Assembly: GCA_964106645.2 (NCBI GenBank)
Contig: OZ067046.1
From: Podarcis pityusensis
Taxonomy: Eukaryota
Length of the DNA stretch: 64,000 nt
Direction: 5' to 3' (one strand)
Positions 38,427 through 51,000 of this stretch are shown here, in pieces (positions within the stretch are counted from its first letter, which is position 1; every line of letters starts with the position of its first letter). The notes under the pieces were generated by a model. That model ran no database searches, had not been told where the DNA came from, and saw nothing but the letters and a program-made list of their open reading frames with translations. The position numbers were made by a program, and so were the translations under genes.

Positions 38427-40605
38427 AGGAGTGATTTATTTTGATGACATGGTGTGGAAGCTGGTTATTCTTCTCTGAATGCTGCTTCTTCAAACTTTAT
38501 AGTAACCAGTTGGGACAGCTAATTAATGAAAAACCTTTACCCCATCAGCAGCTTGAAGATGATCTCCCACATCATACCTACTTTTGCCCCAGGTTTAGAC
38601 TAAACCTGGAACTGCACGCACTCCATCCAAGGCGCTTTGACAATGAGTTTATCTAGATGGATTTGATGGAAGCTTGGAGGGTAAGGAGTGGTTCCCAATC
38701 CTGCATGTGTTCAGGAAGGGCCAAGAAAAATCTTGCCTCAGCCTGGAGCTAAGCGACTGTCAAATTGTTACACTGAGTTAACAGAACTTTAAAAATAAAA
38801 ATTCATCGCTCATCCAGTCATTTATTCCTTAGGTCAAACATTAAATGAGAAGCAATGGGCTGTTATTTTAGTTGACCTGCTTATAAAGCTGATAAATTAG
38901 GGTACTCTTTGGAGCTAATTATTTTTTCTGTGCAATCAGTTTCTTATTGATAATGGATATGCTAATGAAACTTGCCTTACAATGACAGGTTAAAGAAATA
39001 TACTTGAGAAATCTTCTCTTAATTGCTGTAACAGAAATGTTGATGGAAAAGACACCATGCCAATTATTTTTTATTTCCTTTCCAAATTATTACAAATCAA
39101 ACCAAAGTACGGTAATTCAATTCAATACAGTTTCCAAAACAGGTTTCCCGCTCCTGTTACAAGGTATGTCCAGGATATGCCCCTGCTGCTGCGTCAGTTC
39201 TCACTTAATCTCTAGTTGACATCACTTCACAGTTTCCATTGATGGAAATACGTTTATTACTAATGCATCGGAAGCATGCAAGATTCACAAGCACCCACAC
39301 ATTGGCGGCCAGCTATGTGATTAGCAACCTGATTCATGATCTAGTTAAATCATTATCCTTGGATTTAAATATTTATATCTGTTTGAAATACTTCAGTGTT
39401 TATATGACTGGGTAATAAATTGGGCTGTAGGTATGAATGTTCCTCTAAATCTTTTGGCTATTTAAAATTAAAGTAGAAGAGAGCAAAAGGCATAAACTTT
39501 CTAACTGCCATTTTTTGTGATGTCCTAATGGTAAAAGGGACCCCATGAATTTTCTTTCCTCAGAGGGCTTCACAAGAAGGGAGGTGTGACAGGAGTTATT
39601 ACCACATGTGCAGAATTCAAGAGGTACCAAGAAAGATATATTTTCTTGCCACAATATGTCACTGAAGATTATTCTTTTGTGAAACTAGCATTCAAGTACG
39701 TTGTCTGTGAGTGTGCTTTGGGGGCACGACCAGAAGAAGAAAGGACTAAGAAGGGGGAAATTGCAGCTTCCATCCCAGCCCCTCAGCTGGAACTGCTCCT
39801 GTTGTGCTGGTAAAGATGGGTTTTATCCATCCGCCTGTCAGGTAACTTGAATGTTATACTGCTTGTTTGCTTGCTTGCTAGAGTGTTTGCCCATATTACT
39901 TCAGTCTGACAGTTTTCATTACTTGCAGCTGGTGTGGAGAAGTTTTTCTCCACGTGGACCAGTGTCCCAACTTCAGTTGGCTGATATAAGAGCAGGCCAG
40001 TGGTGGTACAGCAGGGTTAAACCAAAAGTGGGGAGACACCAACAGGACTTACCCCCTTGGACTGCTACCTGTGTGGCTGAACCATTGAGCAAAATAAGCA
40101 TGTACTTAGGGCATCAAGGGAAGGGGGGCACCACAGAAATTTTCCATTGCCGGATTTACCATGGACCCTGTGGTGCAGCTGAAACAGGCTCCACAAAAAA
40201 GGCTCCCACAATATGTGCCTCATGAGTTCAGTGCAACAAAAAATGTAAAAACAAGATTCAGTCATGCTGAACTTTATACAAATAATTGTAGAAGACAATA
40301 TTTTATGGTTTATTGTTGTTTATATTTTGAATTAGATATATATGGGGGCACCAAAATATTTTCTTAGGGCCTGTAAAGGTCTTAATCTGGCCCTGACTGC
40401 TACTTTGGTGAGGCATAAGGACACCCCCCCCCCATCAGTTAGGAACTGAATTGTTGGCCATGTCCCAGAGAACAGATTTATGATCCTGATCTGTGGGGGG
40501 AGCCTGGGTGGGGGAAAGTCTGGTTCTAACATATTCCCCCCTGAGTGGGAGGAAGACACAGCATAGTTACGGATATAATAGTCCTTAGACTATCATAGTC
40601 CTTAT

Positions 40606-41001
40606 CTGGACCATAAAGAAGGCTGATCGCCGAAAAATTGATGCTTTTGAATTATGGTGCCCATGAACTGCAAGAAGATCAGACCTCTCGATTCTGAAGG
40701 AAATCAGCCCTGAGTGCTCACTGGAAGGACAGATCCTGAAGCTGAGGCTCCAATAGTTTGGCCACCTCAGGAGAAGAGAAGACTCCCTGGAAAAGACCCT
40801 GATGTTGGGAAAGATGGAGGGCACAAGGAGAAGGAGATGACAGAGGACAAGATGGTTGGACAGTGTTCTTGAAGCTACCAACATGAGTTTGACCAAACTG
40901 TGGGAGGCAGTGGAAGACAGGAGTGCCTGGTGTGCTCTGGTCCATGGGGTCACGAAGAGTCGGACACGACTAAACGACAACAACAACAGCAAAAACAACA
41001 A
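40606..41001 (+). mobile_element. Short BovB 3' fragment with an internal ~20-bp deletion
   Basis: Matches the last ~390 bp of the other BovB copies; (CAA)n tail. Confidence 0.93.
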
Positions 41002-42907
41002 TCATCTTATCCCTAACTTTTGTACTTCATGTAATTTTATTGTAGGATGGTGTCAATATGTGTTTGAATGAACCTATAGCATGGAGTTACCATGACTCTG
41101 TCTCTATTTTTACATCAGTTCCAGTGTTTATAGGCAGGAGAAGGTATAGCTTGGGCATCGGAACTGATTATTATTTGGGATCAAATAGTAATCCCTGAAC
41201 TGATCTCATTAATTCCCCTCACCCCCAGCCAGTTAATGTAACTGCATTTTAGAAGCTGCATGCTCAGTTGAAAGAGGCGTTTGATGCCACACATAATTTT
41301 GTCCTCCTCAGAACAATTCCTGAGTGACCGCTGCCAGATAAGGCATCCTTTGTGTTGTATGGGGACAGTATTTGGATTAATTTGTTGTGTGAAAGCTGGA
41401 AAGGAGCTAGTACGCTCTGGACAGTGAGCACTTTAGAAATCACTGGCAATTCTACCTGGAGAACTCTGGAAGCATTAATCTGCAATTTTATTGCACAGAG
41501 AAAACCATAATTACACAGAAAATGGATGCTATCTGCAGAATAATCTCTTTCCAAATCAAACAATCAACTTGACTGATAAGGCATGCACAAAATGGCACTA
41601 TAAAACTTCTGTAACAAAATATGGATATGAAAGGGATTTGCTACCATTTGACGGATGGCAGCAAAGAAGTTACCTGCTGACCTAGGTGAATTGCGCGATT
41701 TTATGCAGGGAGAGTTCTATGCAGGCCTCTGAAGAGGCCTGTCATTAGGTTTGAGAGACCCTGGTCAAAATCCCCTGTTGATGGGTCTTGGCAGATTTAC
41801 CTGGTGACATTGGTGACCCAAATAGCACTGCCAGTTGTGTCTAGTCACTATTTAAACTTACCACACAGCCCCAGAACACTGCTATGTCAGGGGAACATTA
41901 TGGGTTATTAAAATGGCTGGTGGCATTTTAAGGGCATTAGTGATGGGCACCGAAAGAGCCAGAAGCTGCCTGAGGATGCCAGATGCTGACGCAGAGCCCC
42001 TCGATCTTTCCCCTAAATACTCTTTGCACATAAGCATTGAAAGATACTGAACGCCGTTGGGCTTTTGAGCCAAGCCTCTCATGCTTTTGTCAAAGGTCCA
42101 CCAAATAGCTATCAGGTCTTGCTGCAGCTGCACAAAGGGTGGAGACCTTCTTTTCCTGACAGAATGCACCAGAACGTATTGACACAGCATACACATACCA
42201 TTTGAATAGCAATGCCCATAAACTTGACAAGGGCGGTCCCCTCAAATATTTTAGGGGGGGGCAGAAGGGACCTCAGCCCCTGGGGGGGTGGCTCCTATGG
42301 CCTCTTGCTACATGTTATACATCTGAACCACATGAAACAGGGGACTCTCATGGGTTTGATAAAGCTGTGACTCCGTTTCTGCATTAGGCTCAAGATAATA
42401 ATCTATAATCTGATAAAAGTCCTCTAAAATGGGCAGGATCTTTGTTTTTGTTTTCGCTTGGGCAAGGCTTTGAAATTTCAACAAGACACGCTTAGAATTT
42501 TATTGTTGCAATTTGTAAAGAATGTCAATATGTTTTAACAATGTGCCTATTCACAGCGTTTTATAGCAAAGCCATTCTGGGCTGGTCATGGGAAAAGATC
42601 ATAGGGCCGGAATTTCTTAGATGTCAAAGATAAGAAGAGGATAAAGACATTGTTTTGTAATGGAAGAAATTATAATGTTTGCTTATTAGAAAGTCCAACC
42701 AGCCAGCGTTTTACAAGAGGACACACCAACGGCGTCCCACATGCCTGTTCCACCCATCCTCCTCTGAATTCCAATCGCTACCAATAATGTTCTGCTACAT
42801 AGGCTGCCCTGCATTCAGCTCAGGCAGGTTTAGGTTTAGGTCTACTGTATTTACGAATCACTTCCCACAAGGAACCGTTCCAAAGTGATATGCAAGTATA
42901 AAATGCA

Positions 42908-42933
42908 ACACACACACACACACACACACACAC
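42908..42933. repeat. (CA)n microsatellite
   Basis: Perfect CA run. Confidence 0.9.
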
Positions 42934-43019
42934 ATATTAAAAACATAGTCCAATCATTGGTGTCAGCCAAAGGCCTGGGAGAACAAAAACATATTTGCCT
43001 GGCACCAGTAGCATAGCAT

Positions 43020-43290
43020 GTGTTGCCAGTGCCTGGGCCACGTGGATTTGGGGAAAGGAGTACACATGCGCATTCAACTGCCTGACAGCGTCCACATCAT
43101 CCAGGAGATGGCAGCCACAGAGATAAGAAGAGTCATTCCGTTGTCTGGAGAGGTAACTTCCTGGTTCTCATGGAGAAGCTGTTTTCAATGGAGCCCAGTG
43201 ACAGAAGCACGAAGCTGTACTGAGGCAGCACCAGGTTTTGAAATTTTGTACCCATTAACAATTTTGCACCTGTGGCAACCGCTCCTGTGT
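43020..43290 (+). repeat. Second copy of the unclassified repeat at 3750-4000
   Basis: Colinear shared blocks with the 3.8 kb copy. Confidence 0.7.
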
Positions 43291-43475
43291 CCGCCCCCCC
43301 CCCCCCGCATCTGTATCAGCTTTGAACTTGTTTTTATTGTCAAATCACTTCAGGGAGTTTTATGGATAGTGATTCGTTAAATCAATAATAAATATTGGCT
43401 GCGGGTGATGATAGCTGGAATTCAACATCATGTTAAGAATCACAGGAGCATTCTAAGATGGGCATTGTAGGCAGC

Positions 43476-43536
43476 AACACACAACACACACACACAACAC
43501 ACACAACACACAACACACAACACACAACACACACAC
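43476..43536. repeat. (AACACAC)n short tandem repeat
   Basis: About eight imperfect heptamer units. Confidence 0.9.
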
Positions 43537-44548
43537 TTCATATTAGGAAATACAGTATCAATAAACTAAACCTGAAGCAGAAGTCCCAACTGGGCTGGAG
43601 ATACATCTTGTAGAATACTTACGATAATATTTAATTCAGCCCTGCTCTAATCACCTTTTAATAGTTGTGTACCACTGCAAACTTTGTTGTAGTTTGGGTG
43701 TTTTTTTTAAGTGTAGCTGATGCTTCTGATTCCACCTGTTGTTTTTTTTTTTGGAGGGGTATTTATTAAGTATATATGACAACTTAGTCACATAGGTAGC
43801 AAATCCCTCTGATTTTATTTGGGCTTGTCTATAAATAGGCAAGACTTTTCATTTCTATTTCATTGTACAAGGCCAAGTTGTGATTTTTATACCCCATTTA
43901 TAATTTTCTAATTGTATTCATTCACCTCTGCTCCCCCCCCCCTTTTCTTTTTTACTTTTAACAAAAGCTCCTTGTGTTGAACTTTTTTGTTGTTACTACT
44001 TTTCTCTTTGTGGGCACAAACAAACACTACTTATGTGGGCAAGAAACACTGGAGGGAAGAAATAAAGATGACTGGGAAACAGCAGAACTTCAACATGGCA
44101 TTATTGGAAACAATCATTTTCAGCCACCACAAAGCGCAGAGCAAAAGCTGCGATCAGGAGGCTGCTGAATGCCCCATGCATAAGACAGGATGCTGGGAGA
44201 TTACTGCAGGGACAAGTGGAGTCACATCGGAAAAGACATGTGACCCTGCTTAAGAACTGGAACAGCAAACAGATTATTGCCACTGAGACAGAATCCCGTG
44301 TTTTATTGGGATCATTTAATCAGGATGTAGGTAATTATGCTATATTTATGGGGGCAGGTATAACAAGGTTGGTCAATGAATGGAGCTATTTAGTTAAGCA
44401 ACAAAACCACAGGGCAACTCAGGTTGCTAAAACCAAGAACATAACGAACTCAGAACTGTACTGCCGCACAACTCTTATTATGAGGACTCACTAGGTCTGT
44501 TCATTCAAATTCTTGCAGTGCAAGAGGGTTAAACCAAGTGGAACCAAT

Positions 44549-44562
44549 GCGCCATCTGGTGG
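44549..44562 (-). promoter_or_regulatory. Strong CTCF motif downstream of WDR1
   Basis: Minus strand reads CCACCAGATGGCGC, an exact match to the CTCF core consensus, in apparently unique sequence. Confidence 0.55.
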
Positions 44563-44592
44563 TGGGATGCCAACATACGTGTCACTACGGTA

Positions 44593-44833
44593 CAGTGGTA
44601 CCTTGGTTTAAGAACAGTCCTGTCTAAGAACGATTCGGTTTACAAACTCCGCAAAACCGGAAGTAGTGTCCCGGTTTGAGAACTTTACCTCAGTCTAAGA
44701 ATGGAAGCCGAACAGTGGAAGGGCACTGGCAGCGGGAGGCCTCATTAGGGAAAGCGCACCTTGGTTTAAGAACGGTTTCGGTTTAAGAATGGACTTCCGG
44801 AACAGACTAAGTTTGTAAACTGAGGTACCACTG
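44593..44833. mobile_element. Tc1/mariner (Tigger/pogo-like) MITE
   Basis: TA TSD; TIR CAGTGGTACCTTGGTTTA / TAAACTGAGGTACCACTG. Confidence 0.9.
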
Positions 44834-45156
44834 TATGTAGAAGAGGTGACAGTGGACCAGAAGAGGACAGTGATTGCTTACCTCATTTCTTCCCTGCCAT
44901 TTGCCCCTTCAAACTTACCCCCTGGTTGGCTAAGGGATATTATCTCCCTTCCCCTCTGGAAAGAAAAGCTGCCCCATCCTGTTCCCAGTTTCTTCCTCCC
45001 TCATTGCAGAGACCTGCCAGGGATGACATGACTCCCCATAACATGTCGCTTGGGCCTAAGGGGCAAGACACACTCCTCGTTTCGCGCCAGACCTGTGTAC
45101 CACAATACGCTCGTCCAATGTGCAAGGCATGGTTTTGTCATGCAAGGAGTCTACAC

Positions 45157-45380
45157 CAGGGGTCAGCAAACATTTTCAGCAGGGGGGGGCGCGGACTATA
45201 TTTTGAAAAAATAATAATGAACGAATTCCTATGCCCTGCAAATAACCCAGAGATGCATTTTAAATAAAAGGGCACATTCTACTCATGTAAAAACACGCTG
45301 ATTCCTGGACTGTCTGCGGGCCAGAGTTAGAAGGCGATTAGGCCGGATCCAGCCACCGGGCCATAGTTTGCCTACCCATG
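45157..45380. mobile_element. Non-autonomous hAT (Charlie-like) element
   Basis: Ends CAGGGGTCAGCAAAC / GTTTGCCTACCCATG; 8-bp TSD GTCTACAC/GTTTACAC. Confidence 0.85.
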
Positions 45381-46963
45381 GTTTACACAAAGTGTATATA
45401 TGTAGCTATGTTAGTCTGAGTCTGGAAAAAGAAAGTGTGTTCTGGCTTTGATAGCAGATTATGACATAAGTTGTTGGGAGAACCCTGTTCTTCTTTCAGA
45501 GCTGCAATTCCCAGAGTTCCCTGTGAAGAGATTAAACCACTCACAATTGTAAACCAGAGAGGAACAACTATTATTATTATCATCATCAACCCCCTTAACT
45601 TCTCACAATTCTTTGTGGAAAGCCAGGGCTGTTTGAAGTGGTATAACAGCACTAAGTTCAGTGGGTCAGCAATTCACTCGGTTGCACTTCTCAAACCTGT
45701 GTCCCATGTGAGTTTTAATTCACCTCACTTTAGAAAACAGCTAGCTTGAAACGCAAGTAGCATCTGAAAGATCAGTCTCTTAAGAATGCCCTTTTTTCCT
45801 GCATTGGCAGCCTCTGCTGAGAGCCATCAACTGACGCTGCATTTAAGGAAATGTGTTTGTGATATGAAAATCTGAGAAAAGGCTAAATATTGATGAATTA
45901 TCATGAAATATGTATCCTCCAAGGAGATACTTGCCTTGGATAGGCAAGCACAAGCTGTAAACTTGAAAGTGAGCATGACACCAGTAATTTGGAAACACTT
46001 GTATCAAAAAAAGGTACACCCATCGGGAATGCAAAGTGCCACCATTCCTAGACAGCTGCATTGTATTCACAAGGAAGATGGAGGCATGAAAGGCAGTCTG
46101 GTGAAGCTGGACAGGTTGCACATCTGGAAATATTAGCAGAATTTTAGTAGCTTGAAACGAGCCAGCATAGAAGCGTGTGGCAGGCTGCTACAACTGGCTT
46201 TAGAAACAAGGAATCTTGCAGTTAAACTTCCTCACAATGATGCCACAATTTCAAAATGCTCCCCATAAGAAATTTTCCTTCCTCCTTAGTTTCTCATGCA
46301 GTAGCCAAATCTCTCTCACACGGCTCCCCCCCCCCCCAAGAGTTCCTTAACATCAAGTGTCTGAATGGGGGAATGGGCTCTATACTTTCTTGTCCTATCC
46401 TATCCCACTCCCAAGCTGACGGTTTCTGGTTGATGTTGATTGCAATTACCTGTTTTGCCCTCTTGACCATGCATTTCCTGCCCGGGGAAAGTGGGGAACC
46501 CCAAGTCTTTACCCACCCAGCTTTCAGAAGCAGAAGAAAAATATCCAAAATGGACTCACTCTGTAGTTGTTTAATGAGCCAGCTTCACAACCCATGTTTT
46601 GAAGCTGGCATGTTCAGAAACAAATCACTGCTTGTTGTAAAGCAGAATTCCCTGGCTCCTAAAGCTCTGGGATTTATAGAAGGCAAAACTGTACTTGGCC
46701 TGTGGAGCAGAGGAGACCTTGCAAGTCAAGGCTTTGCTCAGACTTATGAAGGGCTCATTCATGCAGCAGTAAACCATGAATGGAAAACCACTGGCTCCCC
46801 AGTCCTAGGCTAAACCATGGTTTCGCATTACTTGCAAGCACATGCAAACATGTGAGAAAGATTGAAGGGAGGTTTATACAGTCCTAGAAATCTCATTTTC
46901 GCCAATGAAATAAATGTGACCCCACAAACTGTATTAAGCAGGAGATAAAACATACAGAAGTTC

Positions 46964-46969
46964 TTTATT
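46964..46969 (-). terminator. Distal poly(A) signal AATAAA of WDR1
   Basis: AATAAA on the minus strand followed by U/GU-rich sequence (ctgtatgttttatct...gtttgtgg). Confidence 0.6.
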
Positions 46970-47370
46970 GGGAGAAAGGTCTCTTCAGAAGAAATATTTC
47001 TGTTTCTACAGTGTTAGAGATTGCTGTTTGTTGTAATGATCAGTTCAACTCACAGTAATTGCTTTACTTTACTTTAATTCCTGTACTGAAAAAGGCGTTT
47101 TCATAATTACTGCAAATGTTCTTACATAGACATATTTCTCCTTAGGAAAGAGGGTATATTTAAAGATGATCTAGAAGCATTCATTTCCAAACAACAAACC
47201 ATGATCAAGTATTCTCATTTGTTCAAAAAGGTAACAAAGGTATATCCGAAAAAAATGCCTTTGACGTTTATCTGTAAACTTTAATTACTAAAAGAATGGC
47301 AAAATACATCAAAACCCCACATTTCCATCTTAAAAATAACTACAAATCTGGACAGGAAATACAGAAAAGG

Positions 47371-47376
47371 TTTATT
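47371..47376 (-). terminator. Proximal candidate poly(A) signal AATAAA of WDR1
   Basis: AATAAA on the minus strand followed by U-rich sequence (ccttttctgtatttcc...ttgtagttattttt). Confidence 0.45.
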
Positions 47377-47917
47377 ATGGACGTACCCCACTTTGTTATC
47401 TGGTGAAGGAAATCTGAGGCAACAATTTGGTGCATTACAGACAAGCCAATATACAGTAGCTGCACACCACAATTCATTTTTGGATCACAACTAGCATTCT
47501 TTACTATGACTGTTAGTACAGAAATGTTCTGCAGTTAGAAAAAAATGAGAATACTCTCATGCTGTACAATACCATGTGCAAGTATGTGTGTGTGACAGAT
47601 ATTAAAAATTAAGGAACCAAATCAATTTAAACTCTTTTATGCCGACCTGCTAGGTTGCAGACCCTGGAATGTTCAGCACACAAAAGATTTTGCAAGCTCC
47701 AGACATAATTTAAGTGCTTCTCAAGTGCAAAGCATTACCGACTAAAGCTTTTCAAAGGTCATTTAATTACAGATACAAACATCCTCTGCAAAGATATGAG
47801 AATATGCTATAGGACCCTGGAGGTCGTGACAGATTTGTATATTTTTAAGGAAGAGAAATGCTATATTCCACTCCAGTAGTTCTAGTCCCTGATGAGCTTC
47901 TCCTGACTGAAGGCATT

Positions 47918-48027
47918 TTATTTGTAGGAAATGGACCACTCTTTGACAGATGCATCGTGAGATGTTGTTACCAAGGTATGTTCGTCCAGCCACGCCAAGC
48001 TGCTTACATGATGTAATCTGTGGGCAT
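47918..48027 (-). CDS. WDR1: WDR1 last exon (15), coding part
   Basis: Encodes (D)[35 protein letters not shown] then TAA at 47920-47918; acceptor ctgtcag. Confidence 0.96.
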
Positions 48028-51000
48028 CTGACAGAAGCAACAGAAAATGTAAATTGATGCAACCAACCTCTTTCCAAATTTGCTCTTAAAAAGTTTAGCA
48101 GGAACGTACCTTTCATACCAGGGCTTGTGGATGAACTCCCCTCCCAGCACCCTTGATGTTTGCTCACCAGGGACCCCTGAGCCATTCTTGCGCGCAGTGT
48201 GATGGCAACACACTGGTCAGGTCTTTAATTTCTACTCAAGGCTCTTCTAGACTCATCTTCCAGCCTCACCAACCTGCACAACCCCCTCACTCAGCCCCTA
48301 TGCATGACTTCACTTCTGTTGGGAGACCCCGACACACAGGCAAGAGCCGCTGGAAGGAGTTGGCAGCACACATGACAGGGGAAGAAGTGGCGACACTAAG
48401 GGCTTAACAGCAGCTGCTCTGTATCAGGCAGAATTGCGGCCTTGATGTTGAAAAATCTGTTTACAAGTATTCATCCTTCAGGATAATTTTAGCCCCGTGA
48501 TTTCCCTCAAAAACACTATTCCCCAACTTCTGTTATTCCAAGAATGCAATGAACGATGAACACAGCACTTTAGATTTCTCCATAATGAGAAGGCTATACT
48601 GTTACCTTGTATTTTAACTCGAGTCTCTGGGTCACTCACTGTCCAAACATAAACCATCATATCCATTCCTCCAGAAGCAAAGTGCTCGTTATCTGGTGAC
48701 CAGGCAATACAAACAATCTTCGCATGGTGTCCATAGAAAATATTATGCTCCTATTGAGAAAGTGAAAGTAAGACAATCACTGATTTTTAATCCTAAAAAT
48801 GAATTAACCATTGGTAAAAAAATCGAAGCTCTTTATGTTCTAATTGCACAGAAACTAATAAAACCCAATGCAAGAACTACTGAATAAATTCCAATTCAAT
48901 CTAAAGAGGGGCAACAGATTCCAAGAGAGGCTTTAATAATATAAATTAATTAGGACAGCACTCAGTTCTTCCACTGCCACTTACAAGTTGTTTTCCATTT
49001 GTATTTGCAAGACCCCGCAAAGTGTTAAGTCTTGCTTCAACAGCATTTTTATGACTAAATAAACCTGCCCATGAGGGATATTTGATCTATGTGCAAGGTT
49101 TCTACACTGAATGAATGAAGGAATCTTTATTTGCGTCAGCCATCGGCCACAGCAATAAAACAATACAGTATACAAAAAACAGAACTAAGTCCTGCTTACC
49201 GCATAGTCATCGGCAACGCTAAACACCGTGACCGCCTTGCTTGCATCGGTCACTGCCAGAAAGGCACCATCATGAGAATACGCCAAGTCAGTCACAGGAC
49301 CTTTCGCTTCCAGCGTCTTTTCCTCTTTCTTTAAAGAAGTCCCCTGGATTGCATACAGGTACACTTTTCCATCCTGGAAGTTAAAATATGTGCAAGAGTC
49401 AAGCTCTCCTCAGAGTGCCCAGAACGGCCTTGCTGGCTTTCAGATCTTTTACTGCCATGGGTGAGAAACCTCTCTCAAGCCTTGCACCAGAAACAGTTCA
49501 CACCCAGTTGCTGCTTTTGCATCCGTTATTAAGGTATAGGAACAGCACATTTATTGGAGAGAAAGAGGAGGGCAAATGGCAGAAGCAATTTATGGGATAA
49601 TTAGAGCTGAAGCTAAGAGAGCATCTGAAATTACTATACTGAAAATGTTTCCACAAGTGTTGCCACACTGTGGGAGCTGCCAAGTGCTTAATGAGCAGAA
49701 AAGGCTACCTTAAAGAGGAAAATAAAACCCTTACTGTTCCTCCGACAGCTGCCATGCCGCCTCCAGGATGAACTGCTACCACTTCTGGTTCAAAGCCAGG
49801 GTTATCAATTGCAAAGCACTTCTTCTTGTCCTTCATCAGAACGATCTGTAATCCGAGGAGTATGCAAATCACATTGAGGTACTGCCTAGAAAATTATGTC
49901 CCACTACATGCTACAGGAGGCTTCCCCACTCAGTCCAAAGGACCCCTTCACATGTCCAGAGCAGTGAGAGACACTTGCAAATGGAAGGCATTGCTTATTG
50001 CTGCCTTATAGGGCTGGGCAATATATAGATATATCATACTCCATATCGTTATATTGGGTTCATAATTTTTGCCCTGGCAATATATCGTGACGCATGATGT
50101 GTGTGTGTATCTGCTTGCGCAATATGCAAAAATCACAATGTGGGAAAACCATGAAGCCAGCCAATGTGTCTCTCGATTCCTGCAGCCCCTGTTAACACAC
50201 TGCAAACCACAGTGCCAATGAGACACAGCCACCCACAACCTTAATTTGCCTAGAGGCAAATGTAAGAGCTCAATGGGTGTGGCAGGGAGCGTGTGTGTGT
50301 TTCTGTGTGTTGGCACGACAGAGTAAGCCCAGCAGCAAGAGTTTGTTCACCCCTCAAAAAAGGAAAAAAAGTTGGCTTGCATTTACATCAGTGTAAAATA
50401 GCATAAACTCCCCCCCCCCGCCCGCCTCAGTAATAATGTCATCAGCCTGTGCTCTCTTTCCAGTACCCAGTAATGCTTCTGCATCTAAGCACTACAAACC
50501 AGTTACCAAATATCACTTTAAATAGCACCATGAGAAATCCAAGTAGAAATAACCTGCTACACTTTCAAAACAAGTTTTAAAGTGTGCATTATGGTTGAGA
50601 AACTTATTACGCAATCCAAACCACATCTACTTGGAAGTAAGTCCTATGGAAGTCAATGGGTCTTACTCCCAGGTAAGTGGGGTTAGGATGACAGTCCTAT
50701 ATTGCATTACAATACAATCCATTTTTCCTGATACGCACCTCTCCAATGCATATCACCACTGCGTACCCACCAGGTCCAACTGCAATGCATTTGGGCTGAA
50801 CATCCATTTTAATAACATCCTGGCCACTGAAAAAGGAAAGGGAAAAAGGAGAGAATTTTTTCCTTAGCTGAAGGAGCTGAAATCACTGGCAAGAACAGAA
50901 CCAAAGGACCTGGGAGCAGATACGAAGCATGGAGATTTAAGGAGTGGTACTTTGTTATCAGGAAGATGGGCAATTTGGGCAGCAGGGTAGATGTAAAGGG

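Larger units (their letters stand above)
46940..47917 (-). other. WDR1: WDR1 3'UTR (end approximate)
   Basis: AU-rich sequence with no recognisable transposon, running from the stop codon to the distal AATAAA; cleavage site inferred. Confidence 0.65.

Noticed and set aside
46256-46813. 185-aa plus-strand ORF downstream of WDR1
   Set aside because: No recognisable domain, runs into a palindromic repeat, and has no supporting gene structure.
1-46900. Coding exons of SLC2A9 (GLUT9), expected by synteny
   Set aside because: I could not find DWS..LL.ASL.GAFGSSFLYGYN or other GLUT9 motifs by eye or in the ORF track, so no CDS is called.
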